A stretch of 64,000 bases of DNA from positions 7,702,735-7,766,734 of the forward strand of contig NW_002060944.1 of assembly GCF_000150275.1 (NCBI RefSeq), in the 5' to 3' direction. This document shows, piece after piece, positions 43,581 to 56,925 of the stretch. The DNA comes from Trichoplax adhaerens. Taxonomy: Eukaryota > Animalia > Placozoa. A program made the position numbers and the translations under genes. The notes below the pieces were generated by a model, which did no database searches, was not told the origin of the DNA, and saw only the letters and a program-made list of their open reading frames with translations. The first letter of the stretch is position 1. Every line of letters begins with the position of its first letter.

Positions 43581-45060
43581 TTTAGAGAACTCGTATAATA
43601 ACGTTGATTGAATCAAGAGGATGAGATCGGTAATTTTACGATAGGAAAATTAAATTTGGAGTCTGTGTTGCGGTTAACGTAAATAAAAAACCAATATTCC
43701 AAATCAGCAATTGATGATGATATATCCACAACGATGAAGAAGAAGTCGTTGTTGACGATCGAATTCGCTGTAATAATGATATCTTGTAATCTAGTTACTT
43801 ATATACCGATAGACTGCTAGCAGCGATTCACTTAATCCTAATATACAATGATGAAAAGAATCGTCGGTTCTTCTTCCAGGTAGTACAGTACACTGAGTTG
43901 GTGGCGTCTAATGGCGAATCCGTTTACAATCACTCCAATCGATGTTGGTCTCGATTGAAAATGTTGTTCTTGGCGATCGAATACAGTAGGCTGTAGTCAA
44001 TAATGATAATGAATTAATAATGAAGATTGATTGTATCCCAGTAGAACTGTTCACAGTTATTAACTTGGACTAGATCTACAAGGAAGAGAAGAATTATTCT
44101 TCCAAATTTAGCCTAACGAATACGAATACAATCCACTATCTACGTCTAACCGTAGATTTTTAGCAACGATAGCAGGCGATATGCAAGGGCAACGTTGGTT
44201 GTGATCGCAATCCTTCTCCGGATAACCTTGATGTCTAGCAAGTAATTGGATGATGAAATGATTTTCCAGTCCAGCGATGAATGGAAAAGTTCAAAGGAAT
44301 TTCGCCGATCTAAGATTTGAACCTCCTTGTCAGCAATGCTAATAATGAATTAATCAACGCTGTAATTAGTCATCTGATGTTGTCGGTATGATTTACTGGT
44401 CGATAATGCCGCTAGCCGATAGTAAATGATTTTGAAGTTAGCGCAGCGTTGGCGTCCTGCCTGCTGATGCAATATGAAATCATCGATTGACTGGCGGCAA
44501 TCTGAGCGAATATTGCATAGTCGACGCATGAGCTAGATTGGACGTTGGGTCTACGATACCCCTAGTCTAGTGTGATCTGGTGTAGCGCCAAGTACAACAA
44601 GTTGAATCGTTGTGTTTTCTATGGATTTTCTACTACTGTTACAGTGGTTATCTGGCAATTCTATTGCAGTACTCTACCGATAATGGCCACAGAAAATTAA
44701 ATTTGTAAAATCTTAGTCGAAAAGTGGTTCAAAGCTTAAAAATAAAAACACTTCTTATTTAGTATCCATAGAAAGAAGTTCTAGCTTTATGATGTATGAT
44801 TATTATTAGAAGTCCCAGCTTTATTATCCTGTTTCTATAGGATAGATGGGAGATATTGAACAGGTTATACCACACATAGATTATTGTATGTTGGCAAATA
44901 AATCAATTAATATCCCCTTTAATGAATTATTATTATTTTTATTGAAACATTTTTCTGCAATAATTACCAAGATGAATCAATGTTTCTACATTATCTCCTA
45001 TTGCGTATGCTCTTTAGCGATATATATTGGGGTAGAACTACTACAGTAAATCCCTCTTCT

Positions 45061-45350
45061 TAATCTAGCTAGCGCTTGATATACCCAAAACAAAAATGAT
45101 GTCGCCCCTGCATCGTGTCATTGGTATCGCTTTCGATATTCTGTTTTCTTCTAGGCTATACCTGAACTCTACCCCTAGGAATAAAAATAATGTCGTCAAT
45201 TCCTCTTATTAGTCTAGCTGCCGCTTGATGTACCTAAAACAAAAATGATGTCACTCCTGCATAGTGTCATTGGCATCGCTTTCGACATTCTATTTTCTTC
45301 TGCACTATACTGAACTCTACTACACCTTGGAACAAAAAAATATAATATCG
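45061..45350. repeat. Diverged direct duplication, about 150 bp x2
   Basis: tctagct..cgcttgat.tacc.aaaacaaaaatgatgtc...cattgg.atcgctttcga at about 45064 and 45213. Confidence 0.9.
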
Positions 45351-45544
45351 TGCCCGCTGGAGTGTAATTAATGCGAACGATTCCGGACAGCATTTTAGTT
45401 CCAGATTTGTACCTTTGCCCAACAGCAGTCTTGAAAAGAAAAGGATCAGTTTGAAGGACAGTCCATAACTGCCCAGAAATTGCACAAAAATTGATAGATG
45501 ATACTCAGTCATCCATAGATAGCTTTACATTTACCAGACGCCTG

Positions 45545-45841
45545 TGTCCTCCATTAATTTCCTCTAGACTACATAATACTGTAAACTCTAGCTATTATCT
45601 ATCAATATAGAATTTAGAAAGCCTCATTGATCTCATGGACTACAAAATACCACCAACTTAGCAGTCCATGATCAATGCGTCTTCAATTCGTTTACTGTCC
45701 TCCATTAACTTCCTCTAGACTACATAATACTGTAAACCCTAGCTATTATCTATCAATATAGAATTTAGAAAGCCTCATTGATCTCATGGACTACAAAATA
45801 CCACCAACTTAGCAGTCCATGATGAATAAGTCTTCAATTCG
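45545..45841. repeat. Near-perfect direct duplication, 151 bp x2
   Basis: tgtcctccattaa...cttcaattcg starts at 45545 and 45696. Confidence 0.95.
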
Positions 45842-46027
45842 AATACAGAGTATTAAAATAAGTCAAGCTGATTGCATGGAGGGTGGATAGAGAGAGGGAG
45901 AGAGATGGATTGATTTCGACTTGTCCTGGACAAAGTCCAGGAATTCATGGCAGCAAAACAGACAGACACACGAACGGACGCACTCTTGATGTTGCTTAAG
46001 TTTGCGCACGCGTGATGCCACCCCTCG

Positions 46028-46041
46028 GTTCCCTTGGAAAT
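46028..46041 (+). promoter_or_regulatory. RFX X-box-like motif upstream of WDR60
   Basis: GTTCCCTTGGAAAT fits RTHNYYWTRRNRAC except the last base; about 190 bp before the ATG of a ciliary gene. Confidence 0.5.
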
Positions 46042-46232
46042 ATCTCTCGCAAACGAATGCCACAACTGAAGAGAGTAAGCACTAACAGCATTAACTATAC
46101 TATTTTATACTACCGGAGAATAGCATAAATTGCCTTCGAGTTAATATCAGAGTTAGCATTATCGACTGGTTAGAGGTATACAAAAACCAGTAAACACCGC
46201 TTAGAGTACATTGTGACATATCGGTTATAAGG

Positions 46233-49200
46233 ATGCCGTCGGGAAAGGTAAATATAGGAATAATAAAAATGATCTGCTAGTAATAATCACAAATAGTAAT
46301 AATACGGGTAGAGGATATTGAAAATAGCTAGATAGTCTTAATTTTATCATGGATCGAATAGAACATCGAATAAAGATTACTTGATGACTTCATGTCCTTA
46401 CCCGTTCTATAGACAAGGACTAAAGAAGATACCTGGAAGGAAGATGATTTAAAAAGAGCTATTAAGGTAAGATGCCGCGATACGGCTATCCTATGCTTTG
46501 CTTTTTACTACTACCTTAGAAATCTTTTGCTTTTAGATAGAAGAACATGGTGGTAAAACTTTTATTGTTTACAGTGATGTTAGCTTTTTCTGCTAGAATT
46601 GATTCTAATACGGTACCTGTATAGTCGTAGGGTACATGTATAGGAACGCATTCTGCGGTATTGCAATAATGAGAGAGAATAGTATAAGACTTGATGATAG
46701 TACTGGAATAGTCAAACTTTTATCATTAATTTATGACATAATATTACTTTCATATCTTTATATTAGGGTAAAGATGAAGGAAGACATCGAAGTGAAAGGA
46801 GGTAATTTCAGTAAATTAGTTTTCTAATGGTATTTATGTTTTGCCGGATATACAGCACATAACTTACTCAATACTATCTCTTGAGTTTACATGTTATAAT
46901 TATCGATGATGATAATGAGTAAATAATAAGAGAAATACATCATCACTGACTATATTCACAATATTACCGTATACTTCTAAAAGCAATAATATCTACATTT
47001 GTTTCTATCTTATAATCTGCGAATATCAACATGTAATAGACTACGACAGCTTATTGATTAAACAGGTCGTGTATTTTCCGCTTATACATTGGCACTTCAT
47101 GGAATTATCAAGTCTCGCTGTCTCTTAACTAACCCATAAAATAACAAATATCATTGAACTTCAATGCACATATCTTACCATTATCTACTTAATACCAACA
47201 TTAAGCTAAATATTGAATGCCAACGTGTTTATACTGTATTACATAAGAAGTCGTCTACATAAAAATGTAAAAATGTTATGAAATTATACAGGATGATGGA
47301 CCATCAATTGACAACTGATACCACTTATAAGCAATATTTTTTTTTAATAAACAGGAGAAATCATGACGATGATAAGGGTTCCAGCAGACATGCTAGAAAA
47401 GAAGAAGGTGGCCAAGTAGGAGATGATAAAAGAAAAGAGCGACATGATCGACCTGAGCATAGAGATAAACACAGGGAAGCACGTGAAGGACGAGAGCATG
47501 AATCGAAGAAGGATAGAGATGAAAGACATCGAAGTAGAGAAAATAGACATGATCGTAAGATTCGTCAAACTAAGGATGATTACGGTGAGGATGCGAAACA
47601 TGATCGAGATCGAAAAAAGAAAGATGATAATGAAGAACGGCATCGAGAAAGAAAAAGAGATGGCAAAGATGCTGATAGAGAGAGGAAACACCGTGACGAT
47701 AAAGGCGATAGCCACGATAGGCATAGGTCTTCCAGATCAACCGCTAATAATCAAGATGATTCAGAAAGGAAATTAGAATCCAGTCGTAGACATAAGGAAG
47801 ATAATCATTCTATTGAGCGCCCAGAGAGGCATCCCCGTCCTTCTGAAGATAAAGAAGCACGAGATCGGCGCCGTGATAGGGATAGAAAATATCGTGAGAA
47901 AGAGCAGAAAAAACAAAGTGAGGAATTGAAAGACGATCATCGACCAAGACACAGAATAGAGCGACCGTCACATGAGGGTGTTGATAGACAGGATAAAGAT
48001 CGAAGTAGAGATCGTAGACGACATCACAGCAAAGAGGGTGGTTCTGAAATACAGGACAAGGAAAATCGCGTAAGTTTTAGAATTGGAATAGAGTTTACCC
48101 ATTCAAAATAGTCATAGTCTAAGTACTATCGATAGGAATAGCGATTAATTAATTACTCCCCTTTCGAATAAGTGTTTTGCTGTTATTTAGAAATAAAAGT
48201 CAGTTTTGTCAATTTACATAAAGACTTTATACAATCTTGGTCAAGCATGCACTAAGTTATTAAAAGGGAATGATAGCTACTAAAAGATCACGTCCAATGT
48301 TGAAGTACCATATAACCTTAAATCATGCAGGAACTAGGCTACAAGCAAATACTGTAGGAACTTTGCTCTCATTAATGTCTATTAATTTAAAATCATTATA
48401 TAATGTATGGTATTCAGTCTAGAGTAAAGTTTTAATCAACTAGTACTTGAATTATCAAATACACCTCCCACATGTATAAATCAATATTTGATTTTATACG
48501 GATACTATGAGTATTAAACGTAAATTAATACCAGTTATGTTAATTTGAACATTTGGAAATTGATATGTTTGTGACTCAGCGCTCTATGAAGTTTTAATAA
48601 GACCAGTGCTAATACTATGTATATCGATGATATACAGCGACTTCGTGATGCAGTATGAGAATAAATAAATACCTCAAGATAGTACTTTAATCATTATATT
48701 GCTACCTTTTACTAGGATGAAGATAAAGAAAGACATAGAAGACATGAGGTAGGAATTTTAATGTTAAAATTTTTCGCTATTGTATGAGCATATCATAGTT
48801 AATATAAAAGGATTGCACAGTATATCAAACCGTTAACTTATTTTCAACAGACGGAGGAAGAAAGAGAAGAACATCGACGTAGAAGAAAGGAAGAGGTTGA
48901 TTGTGACGTTAATTAGACTATGCTATAAATAATGAAATAAGAATTAAGGATAGATATATTATTTTAACAAAGACCGAGGAAGAGAAAGAAGAGCGCCGAC
49001 GTCGACGAAAGGAAGAGGTTAATTGCAATTTTAACTAGACTATGTTAATAAAAATGAAATAAGAATTAAGGGCAGATTTACTATTTTAACGAAGACCGAG
49101 GAAGAAAGAGCTGAACGAAGGAGAAGACGGCATGAACGAGAGCAGGTATAAAAAATTTTGATATCATCAAAATGTCTGCAGTGATGGCTAATATTTGATA

Positions 49201-52200
49201 CATTGATAGGCTGATGAGGAGAAGGATGAACATAGAAGACGAAGAAAAGATGAGGTTTATATGAAAATGTTAAATTTGCCTTTATCTCAATCAGAATCTA
49301 TTATATAATCATGAAATTCTAAAAATTTATTATTAGACTGAAGAGGAAAGAGAAGAACGTAGGAGAAAACGACGAGAAGAAAGAGAAAGAGAAAAGGTCT
49401 AGGATGTTTCTATGATTTAGAATAGACAAATTATTGACAAACTATTATAGTTCATCTATTTATTGCATAACCATATGAGCTACTAGATTTAGAATTAAAG
49501 CGCTCAAACTTATCTTCTATGATATACCTAATATATACGCAACATTATAGGAACACATTCATGAGGGAGAAGATCACCGACATCGAAACAGAAACGAACA
49601 ACCAGAAGGGTAATATAAATGAAATTAAATTCAGTCATGATCATGATTAAAATATAAGGCAATATATTTACGTCCTCCAAAAATTTCAATTCTAATTTAA
49701 AAGTGAAGCAATCGAAGATTATACGAAGCACAAAGATCGTCCCGATAGACCAAAAGTATTTCTTTCTTTAAATTGCTTCATCGTCTTTATTTCAGTCAAA
49801 GTTGAGCTCATTATTTTTATAATACGTCTCTAGAATCAACTTGACATCGCTTATTTTACTTCTTAATCTAGGAGGCAGGGTCTAAACGGACAATTATAAC
49901 TGAAAAAGAAAGGTAATGAGCCATAAATTCAGTTGTATTTGAAATTATTTTTACACATTTGATAGACAAATTATCATTTCTTATCAAGATCGAATGATAA
50001 AAGACTTGATTTAATTCTATTATTATGTCTATATGCAACAAGTATTTAAGTATATCCATAACAGATTTGATCGGAATACATATGTCTGCAGACTTGTAAT
50101 AGCATAAAACGACGTCAATATCGTACATTTCGGTTTCTAACCGTAAATTATATTGAAATTTGGACGTAAAATATTAAATGTTCAACACTAATTATTAGGA
50201 GAGCGTATATGGCATTAAATGACAGCGATGATCAGAAAACTGATAAAGAGAAAGAATTAAGGATTAAGGAGAGAGAAAAGGCCATGCTAAAACAACTCAA
50301 AAAGGAGGTTGTCAATCAATACGAATAAATATGATAGCTTTATTTTAAAGGATAATTAACTCAATATACCCGCTTTGCCTATTATTTGAGAATTGAAAAA
50401 TTTAAGCTGTAATTCATTATCAATTACGACAGCAATTTTAATATTTTGGCGTAATTTTCTTAATAACAGGAACGCAAGAAAGACATTTTAACTACTGATC
50501 TAAAGTTCCATACTACAAGTGCAGAGAGTGCAGTAAGTGATTCGATTTTGTTGTAGATTACTGTCATGGGATTGGAGTTATCAGCAGGCAGACAGGCGAG
50601 ATATTAATTAAATCTTTATTGGATTATATGAAATAGGATGTAGTAGATGACGAAGAATCGGCACCGAAAGCTGCTTCGGCAGTTAGTGCTGCGGAAGCTA
50701 AAAATCTATTACAAGATAGTGATCTACAGACATTTGGTAAAAATGGCCAGCAAGAACCACAGGATAATTATGAAGACGATTTTGAGGTATTCAAACTGCA
50801 ATTTTCTTTAAACGATCTGTCAAGATAGAATTTGGTGAAGGAAAAATTACTTCTAGCTCAAGCATTACGCTGTTAATTACTGCCGTTCATCCTTTACAGG
50901 ATTACGAAGATGATTTTGAAGAAGATGGTGACGAAGACGTCGATGAGGTAAATTTTCGACATTAGTAAGATATGGAAAATAGTCAAAAGAAATGTTATAA
51001 TGGCTTATTTTTCAATCAATCATGTTTCATGCTTGCCTATTTTATAATTCCTAGGACCTACGCGAGGTAAATTTAGCATGATTCAAAGTTATATAATCCT
51101 ATATTATTTGATATAAAACAAGAAATAGAAGGTTTATCAATATAAATCAATACATCATACAATCTGATACCTTCATATTTTAGGTAATGCAAGCCATGAG
51201 AAAAGAAAATGAAAGCTTAAACAGAACAACAGCGGATGAAATAATAGGTAAAATCGGGAAATTATGATTCGGATCGATAACTTTAATAGTCCTATAGTAA
51301 ATTAAAGAATGAATTTAACTTGCCTTGCCACTTTAAACTTCAGAATCTAAAACAACGGAGAAAGAAGCACGACCAACTAAGGGATTTATTAATTTTACCG
51401 CTGCAAAACAACGAACATTAAATGCGAAAGTAGCTGAAAAAACTAAAAAAAGAGGAAAGGTAGGGAACTTCCGATACTTTTACATACTATTTAGTTTATG
51501 TTCTTATCTATTAAAATTATTTTAGTTCATTAGCTAAAATTAATGCTGTACGATTAATCGAAATTTCTTTAGGAATTATTAAAGTTAATTGATTTGGATA
51601 GCGTTGGATTTAATATGTTTGAACTTGAGCCCTTGAATGAGTATTCCCTATATATGAAAAGTTTTGGTCGGACCAACACCGATCAAGCTTATGTCCAATG
51701 CGGTGATGATAATCTTGATCAAGAAATTCAAACTGAGGACATTACTACTACGGATAGATGGGTTCAATTTCCAGCTGAAGGAACCCTTAGTCACGGCGCC
51801 AGTCAAACTAGAAATAGTAAGTTTATACAGAGACTCCGTATTCTTTTAATTTTCATAGCAAATTTATACTCGTCGATCTTCATTATCATCTGATGAATGA
51901 AATGAACAGTAAATTTAAAATTAAATATTTCTTGATATCTAATTTTATAGATGACGATTTATTCAGCGATTCTGAAGCTATAGTAATGCAAAATGATTCA
52001 TTAAAATTGTCGCAGTTTCTTCAATCTGCTGGTCATGTTTGTGCCGCACTGTTAGAGGAAGAAGATGCATACCGACAAGGTAAACGGGTTCAAACTACAA
52101 ATATAGGTAGTCAAGTCCAGACTCAAGTCAGTGGTGATATCTTCACTTGCGGTAGTAAATTATCATTTTTACAAGGTAAGAACTAATCGAGGTTTACGTA

Positions 52201-55200
52201 GTTGCATACGTGACAATAAATCCATTTTCCTTTGGTAAAGTCAAACAAATAGTGATACATTTATAATTAATTTTAGGTCGGCCAATCTCTCGTATGCAAT
52301 TTTTGCATAATCAAACTCATCTACTGTTGACTCTCCACCAACCAGCAGCTAATCCAGTTTCGGTTAGATAGACTAACTCATTTTCGTCGAAATTACATAT
52401 AGAAATAGAAGCTAAAATTGGGTTACTCCAGTCTGATACTATTAGCTAAGAATCTTTTTACTGTATTAATCTATCATTTATATTATCATTTATGTAAAAG
52501 GTTAAATCCGCCATCACCAGTGATATGTCATTTATATGCTTATGGAATATCAACGAACCATCGCAGCCCCAAAAGTATATTCCATAAAATACCGATTTAA
52601 TGACTTATCATAATTAAAAGAATATCTTTGGATTAAAAATATTAAGGTTACAAATACATTTACTCTTATAATTTAATTAGAGTACTTATTAGTGACGATA
52701 TGCCAAATTGTTGCTGTATGTCACCCCAAAAAGCATCGTTGGCGTTCGCTGGAACGGTAAGTTATAATGCTTGCGATGATATAACTTGTTAGCCCTTTAT
52801 TAATAACATTTCTACTGTATGGATTTGATTTTTATGATTACGTTATCTTGGTGTTCTAATCTCAGATGGATGGTGCGGTACTGGTTTGGGATCTTCGTGA
52901 AACGTCTTCACTCCATAAATCTTTCACTATCGATGGTGTCGACTGGTATTTAAGACATCCAACTTATTCTACAAGTAAGTAAAAGGATATAAAATTTTCA
53001 TAAATAAAAATTTAAGCTTTATTTATGAAAAATTTAATATCAATGCTTAGAATATAATTGGGATAGTAAATCTGATACCATATATATTTAATCATCTAAT
53101 CTCATTGCCTTAAATTAATAGATGGCACTTTACAAGATACTAATCATCACAGTCCTGTCGTATCTATACTACCTTTGGTATCTCTTGATAAGTATGCTCA
53201 TAGATGGAGCCATTGCTAATTATTTTAGGCAAATAGCTCCTAAAATACACCAAATTTTTTCCTGCCATATGAACAAGTAATATCATCGAAACTAAATTTT
53301 AGATTTTTCTTATTGATTTATCAGCAATGTCAAAAACAGTAATGCCACCTCTAAGAATAATGGTAGGAATGAAATAAATGATAATTTTTATCTTACGATA
53401 GTTGATCAGTAAATAGAGAATCGAGAATTACTACATTACATCCATTAATAGTAATGACAATTAACTGGTCTTAGATATAATTAAAATATTATTAGATAGT
53501 AAGTGTACTGTATTTAATGATATCGTTAGAGCGATATTGCCGTATTGGATAGATAAACCAAAGCCTATTTGTTATAAATTTCACTAATGTTACTTTCTTA
53601 ATTAATATTTAGATGAATCATCGGGTTTATCATTTCAACTAGCATCATTAGAGAGAGAAGGAACAATAAATATTTGGGTTTGTTCTTTACTTTGATTGAT
53701 GTCAACGATTACTTTACTTCAGTACGGACGGATCTCGTTTTAGGCTACTATTATTCTTAGATTCAATTTATTTTCAACTAGGTCGTAGTGGAAATTTCTC
53801 GACCAGATCTCGCCGGATCTACAGTAGATCTTGGTAAGCTAAAAATAAAACAATTATTTTGTCTTATAGCAAAAGCGAATTTAATTTTCATCAATATCTA
53901 TAGGATTATTACCTGGAGGCCGCGTTAAATTATTAAAAACCTCTTGGATAAATATAAAAATTCCACTCACACAGTGCGTAATTGCTCAAAAGCTTCGCAT
54001 GATTAACAGATGATGATTTAAATGTTAAGCTTAACAAAGTTGAATGTTCTACTTTAAGGAGCCTCGTAATGCCTACAAGTATTTCAACATTGGGCTTGCA
54101 GTTGGCACCAAGTGATCCTAATCACTTTTACATTGTCACCGATATGGTAAATATAACTGAAATAGCTCTATCATAATTGAAAAGCTCTATACACATTATG
54201 TAGTATCAGATTTATTCTTTGACGCTTTTGAGAAATTATATTTACAACATTTTTTTAATTGGCTTTGTGTGTTATATTCGATTTAACTATAATTTTTAGG
54301 TGTATTATGATTAACATACGTACTTGTCTGTAGGGTACAGTAATACATGATGTTCGTTCCGGTAGCCGGCCAAGTATTCGATTACATAGATCTAAATACG
54401 GTTTGTAAAGCAATGGAATGCTGATATTTTTGCTATAGATGAATATGGCAGAGCAAATATCTCACTTAAATATAATTCTTGACATCTTTTGCTTTAGCAT
54501 CTCCATGTGAAGTGGTCTCGATTGAATTCTCTCCATTTTTACAATCCTTTTTTATTGTTAGTTTTAATAGCTGTGTTTGCATTCTTGTAGACATTTGAAG
54601 CCCTTTATACACTAACCTATTTTAATCTAACTTATACTTATGGATGATCAAAATTATTAATTATAATCATTTCAATCAGATTGGATGCAATGACTGTACG
54701 GTTCGACTATATAATACAGCGACAGGTAGCTATAGTTATAGCTTTTAAGATAGATAAATATTTCGCTTTGCCATTTATAGATGAGCTAGCTTATTATGAT
54801 CGTTTGCGGTGTATAGACCTTCCTTTGCTTACGTTACGTACGAAGAAGGCTGTAGTTAATGCTTCATGGTCTCGTAGTCGACCAAGTGTAATCTATGCCG
54901 TAGATGAAAACTCAACATTTTATGTTTGGTATGTTGAAATTAACTATTTCATAAATATACATGGAATAATATTATTTTACGTGTCCTTTCATTCACAATT
55001 TTTTCCATAGGTCACTTCTGGAAACTGCTGCTGAGCCAGCTATAGTTGATAAATTCACAAATAGCAAGTAAATTGATAAAGAAATAATTTAATTCATGTC
55101 TGTCTTTATTGTTTTTAATTAATAACTATAATATCCATAGTAAACGAATAATATAATTAATATTTTAATTAGGATAACGACATTTGTATTGTCGAACGAT

Positions 55201-55441
55201 GTTGCAGCTTTGGGTTTAGGGACTCCTGGCAGACCACCACAAATGGTCAGTATTTTTGTGCCATTATTGCTACGATTTTATTCTTTATACATCTAACTGA
55301 TATATATCGGTTATTTTATATCAGGCTATTTCATATGACAGTGGTCGAATGGAAATTCACACTTTCAACACACGATTTGGATCGCCTGTAGAAAATGAGC
55401 TTCAAAATCTAGAAAGTTATTTTAATAAGATTGTAATATAA
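46233..55441 (+). CDS. DYNC2I1: Cytoplasmic dynein 2 intermediate chain 1 (WDR60)
   Basis: N-terminus MPSGKTRTKEDTWKEDDLKRA matches WDR60. Charged N-terminal half, YEDDFE motifs, YMKSFGRTNTDQAYVQC, and WD40 region with VWDLRE, LRHPTYST and DLGLLPGGRVKL. Many small exons. Confidence 0.92.
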
Positions 55442-56694
55442 GTTTCATCTGCAAAATTAGCGTCTTCATTTATCTTAGCAGTCAGAACTTGATAATCCAG
55501 CATTTGTATCTGCATTTCGCTATACATGAATATACACACAAATCACTTCAAAATTAATTACGAATGTACTCTTTACTTCGGCATTACAATTAGATATCAA
55601 ATGAGCATATCTTGAACATTCTTAATAAGAAGATTGTTATTAAGGACAATGTTTATAACGCGATAATAGAATCTTCTAGAACTAGCATGTTTAAATCTAA
55701 ATATATTCAGGCCAACATAGCAACTTAACTATGTGAAATTTTAAATTTATGACAATATCTTGTGATTGATGTGAACATTTGCCTATATCTTTCTGTAATC
55801 TATTTTAATGCGTAAATCATTAACTGTTTGACCTAGAACATGATGTGTACTATAGTAGATCACCGGTTAGGTTCTTGCTATTGAAAGTTTTATCTCTACG
55901 TTGATAAACTAATTTATTCCAGATCGATAGTTTCGACCGCAGTTATCAAGTTTATGATCACATTCAAGTTTTTTAAATTCTGTTTATATCTAGTAAATTA
56001 TTTTAATGTCAGTACTTCAGAAAAAAATAATAATTATATTCGACTAGGGCATTATAATCAAGATACGAAGATATGTCATAAATTGATTATATATATACTC
56101 TGATAAACAATTGTCTAGAGTTTCATTGATTAAAATAATTTATCTCTGTACATTTAAGCTATTATAATAAATTTATAAATACTGCCAGAAAAATTGTGTA
56201 GCTAACATTATAAGATAAATTCAAGAAAACTAACATCTATATGGATACAGCATCTTAGTTATCATTTTAAATAATTAATATATACTTAATTGGCTACATC
56301 TATTACCCTATTGCAGTCAAGCACAAGCACCTTCGTAGCTTAAAACATGGTTAGACTTGGTATACGTTTGAATGTACGGTATGTGTAAATAAATGATATT
56401 CTAAAATGCCGTTATACCGAATGTGTACAATATTTTTGCTTGGTACGGTATACACTTTTATACAAATATACTGATCACTGATCAGTATACGTATCTTTAG
56501 TTGATCAAATTTGTTTTATTGCAGAATACCTCAAATTAAACTTTAAAGCGTATGCCTGGTTTATGAATGTGTATTGAAATGATATCATAAAAATATGCTT
56601 GAGATCTGTATATCTTGAGCCAGACTGTATGGCTTAGGTTAATTATATTTTGTTTGAGCTTGCGCGTTGGTTACTAAAGGGAAGCTTGCCTCAA

Positions 56695-56708
56695 GTTACC
56701 ATGACAAT
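56695..56708 (+). promoter_or_regulatory. RFX X-box-like motif upstream of the tau-like repeat gene
   Basis: GTTACCATGACAAT fits RTHNYYWTRRNRAC except the last base; about 220 bp before ATG 56926. Confidence 0.5.
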
Positions 56709-56925
56709 AAGCGATGAATAATGGATTGCAGTTTGTCTTCTTTATCCATTGCCACATATTCATCATAATTAAAGAAAATTTTATAACGGAGGAGTGAGAA
56801 ATAGTAGGATAAAATTATTGAAGGTTCCGCAGAGCTATACTGGATTATGGTTGTGTAGTTAAAATAGTTCATTTACTCAGTATTCTTGTTACTGATATTG
56901 GGTGAAGTGTAACCGCTTTTACAAT

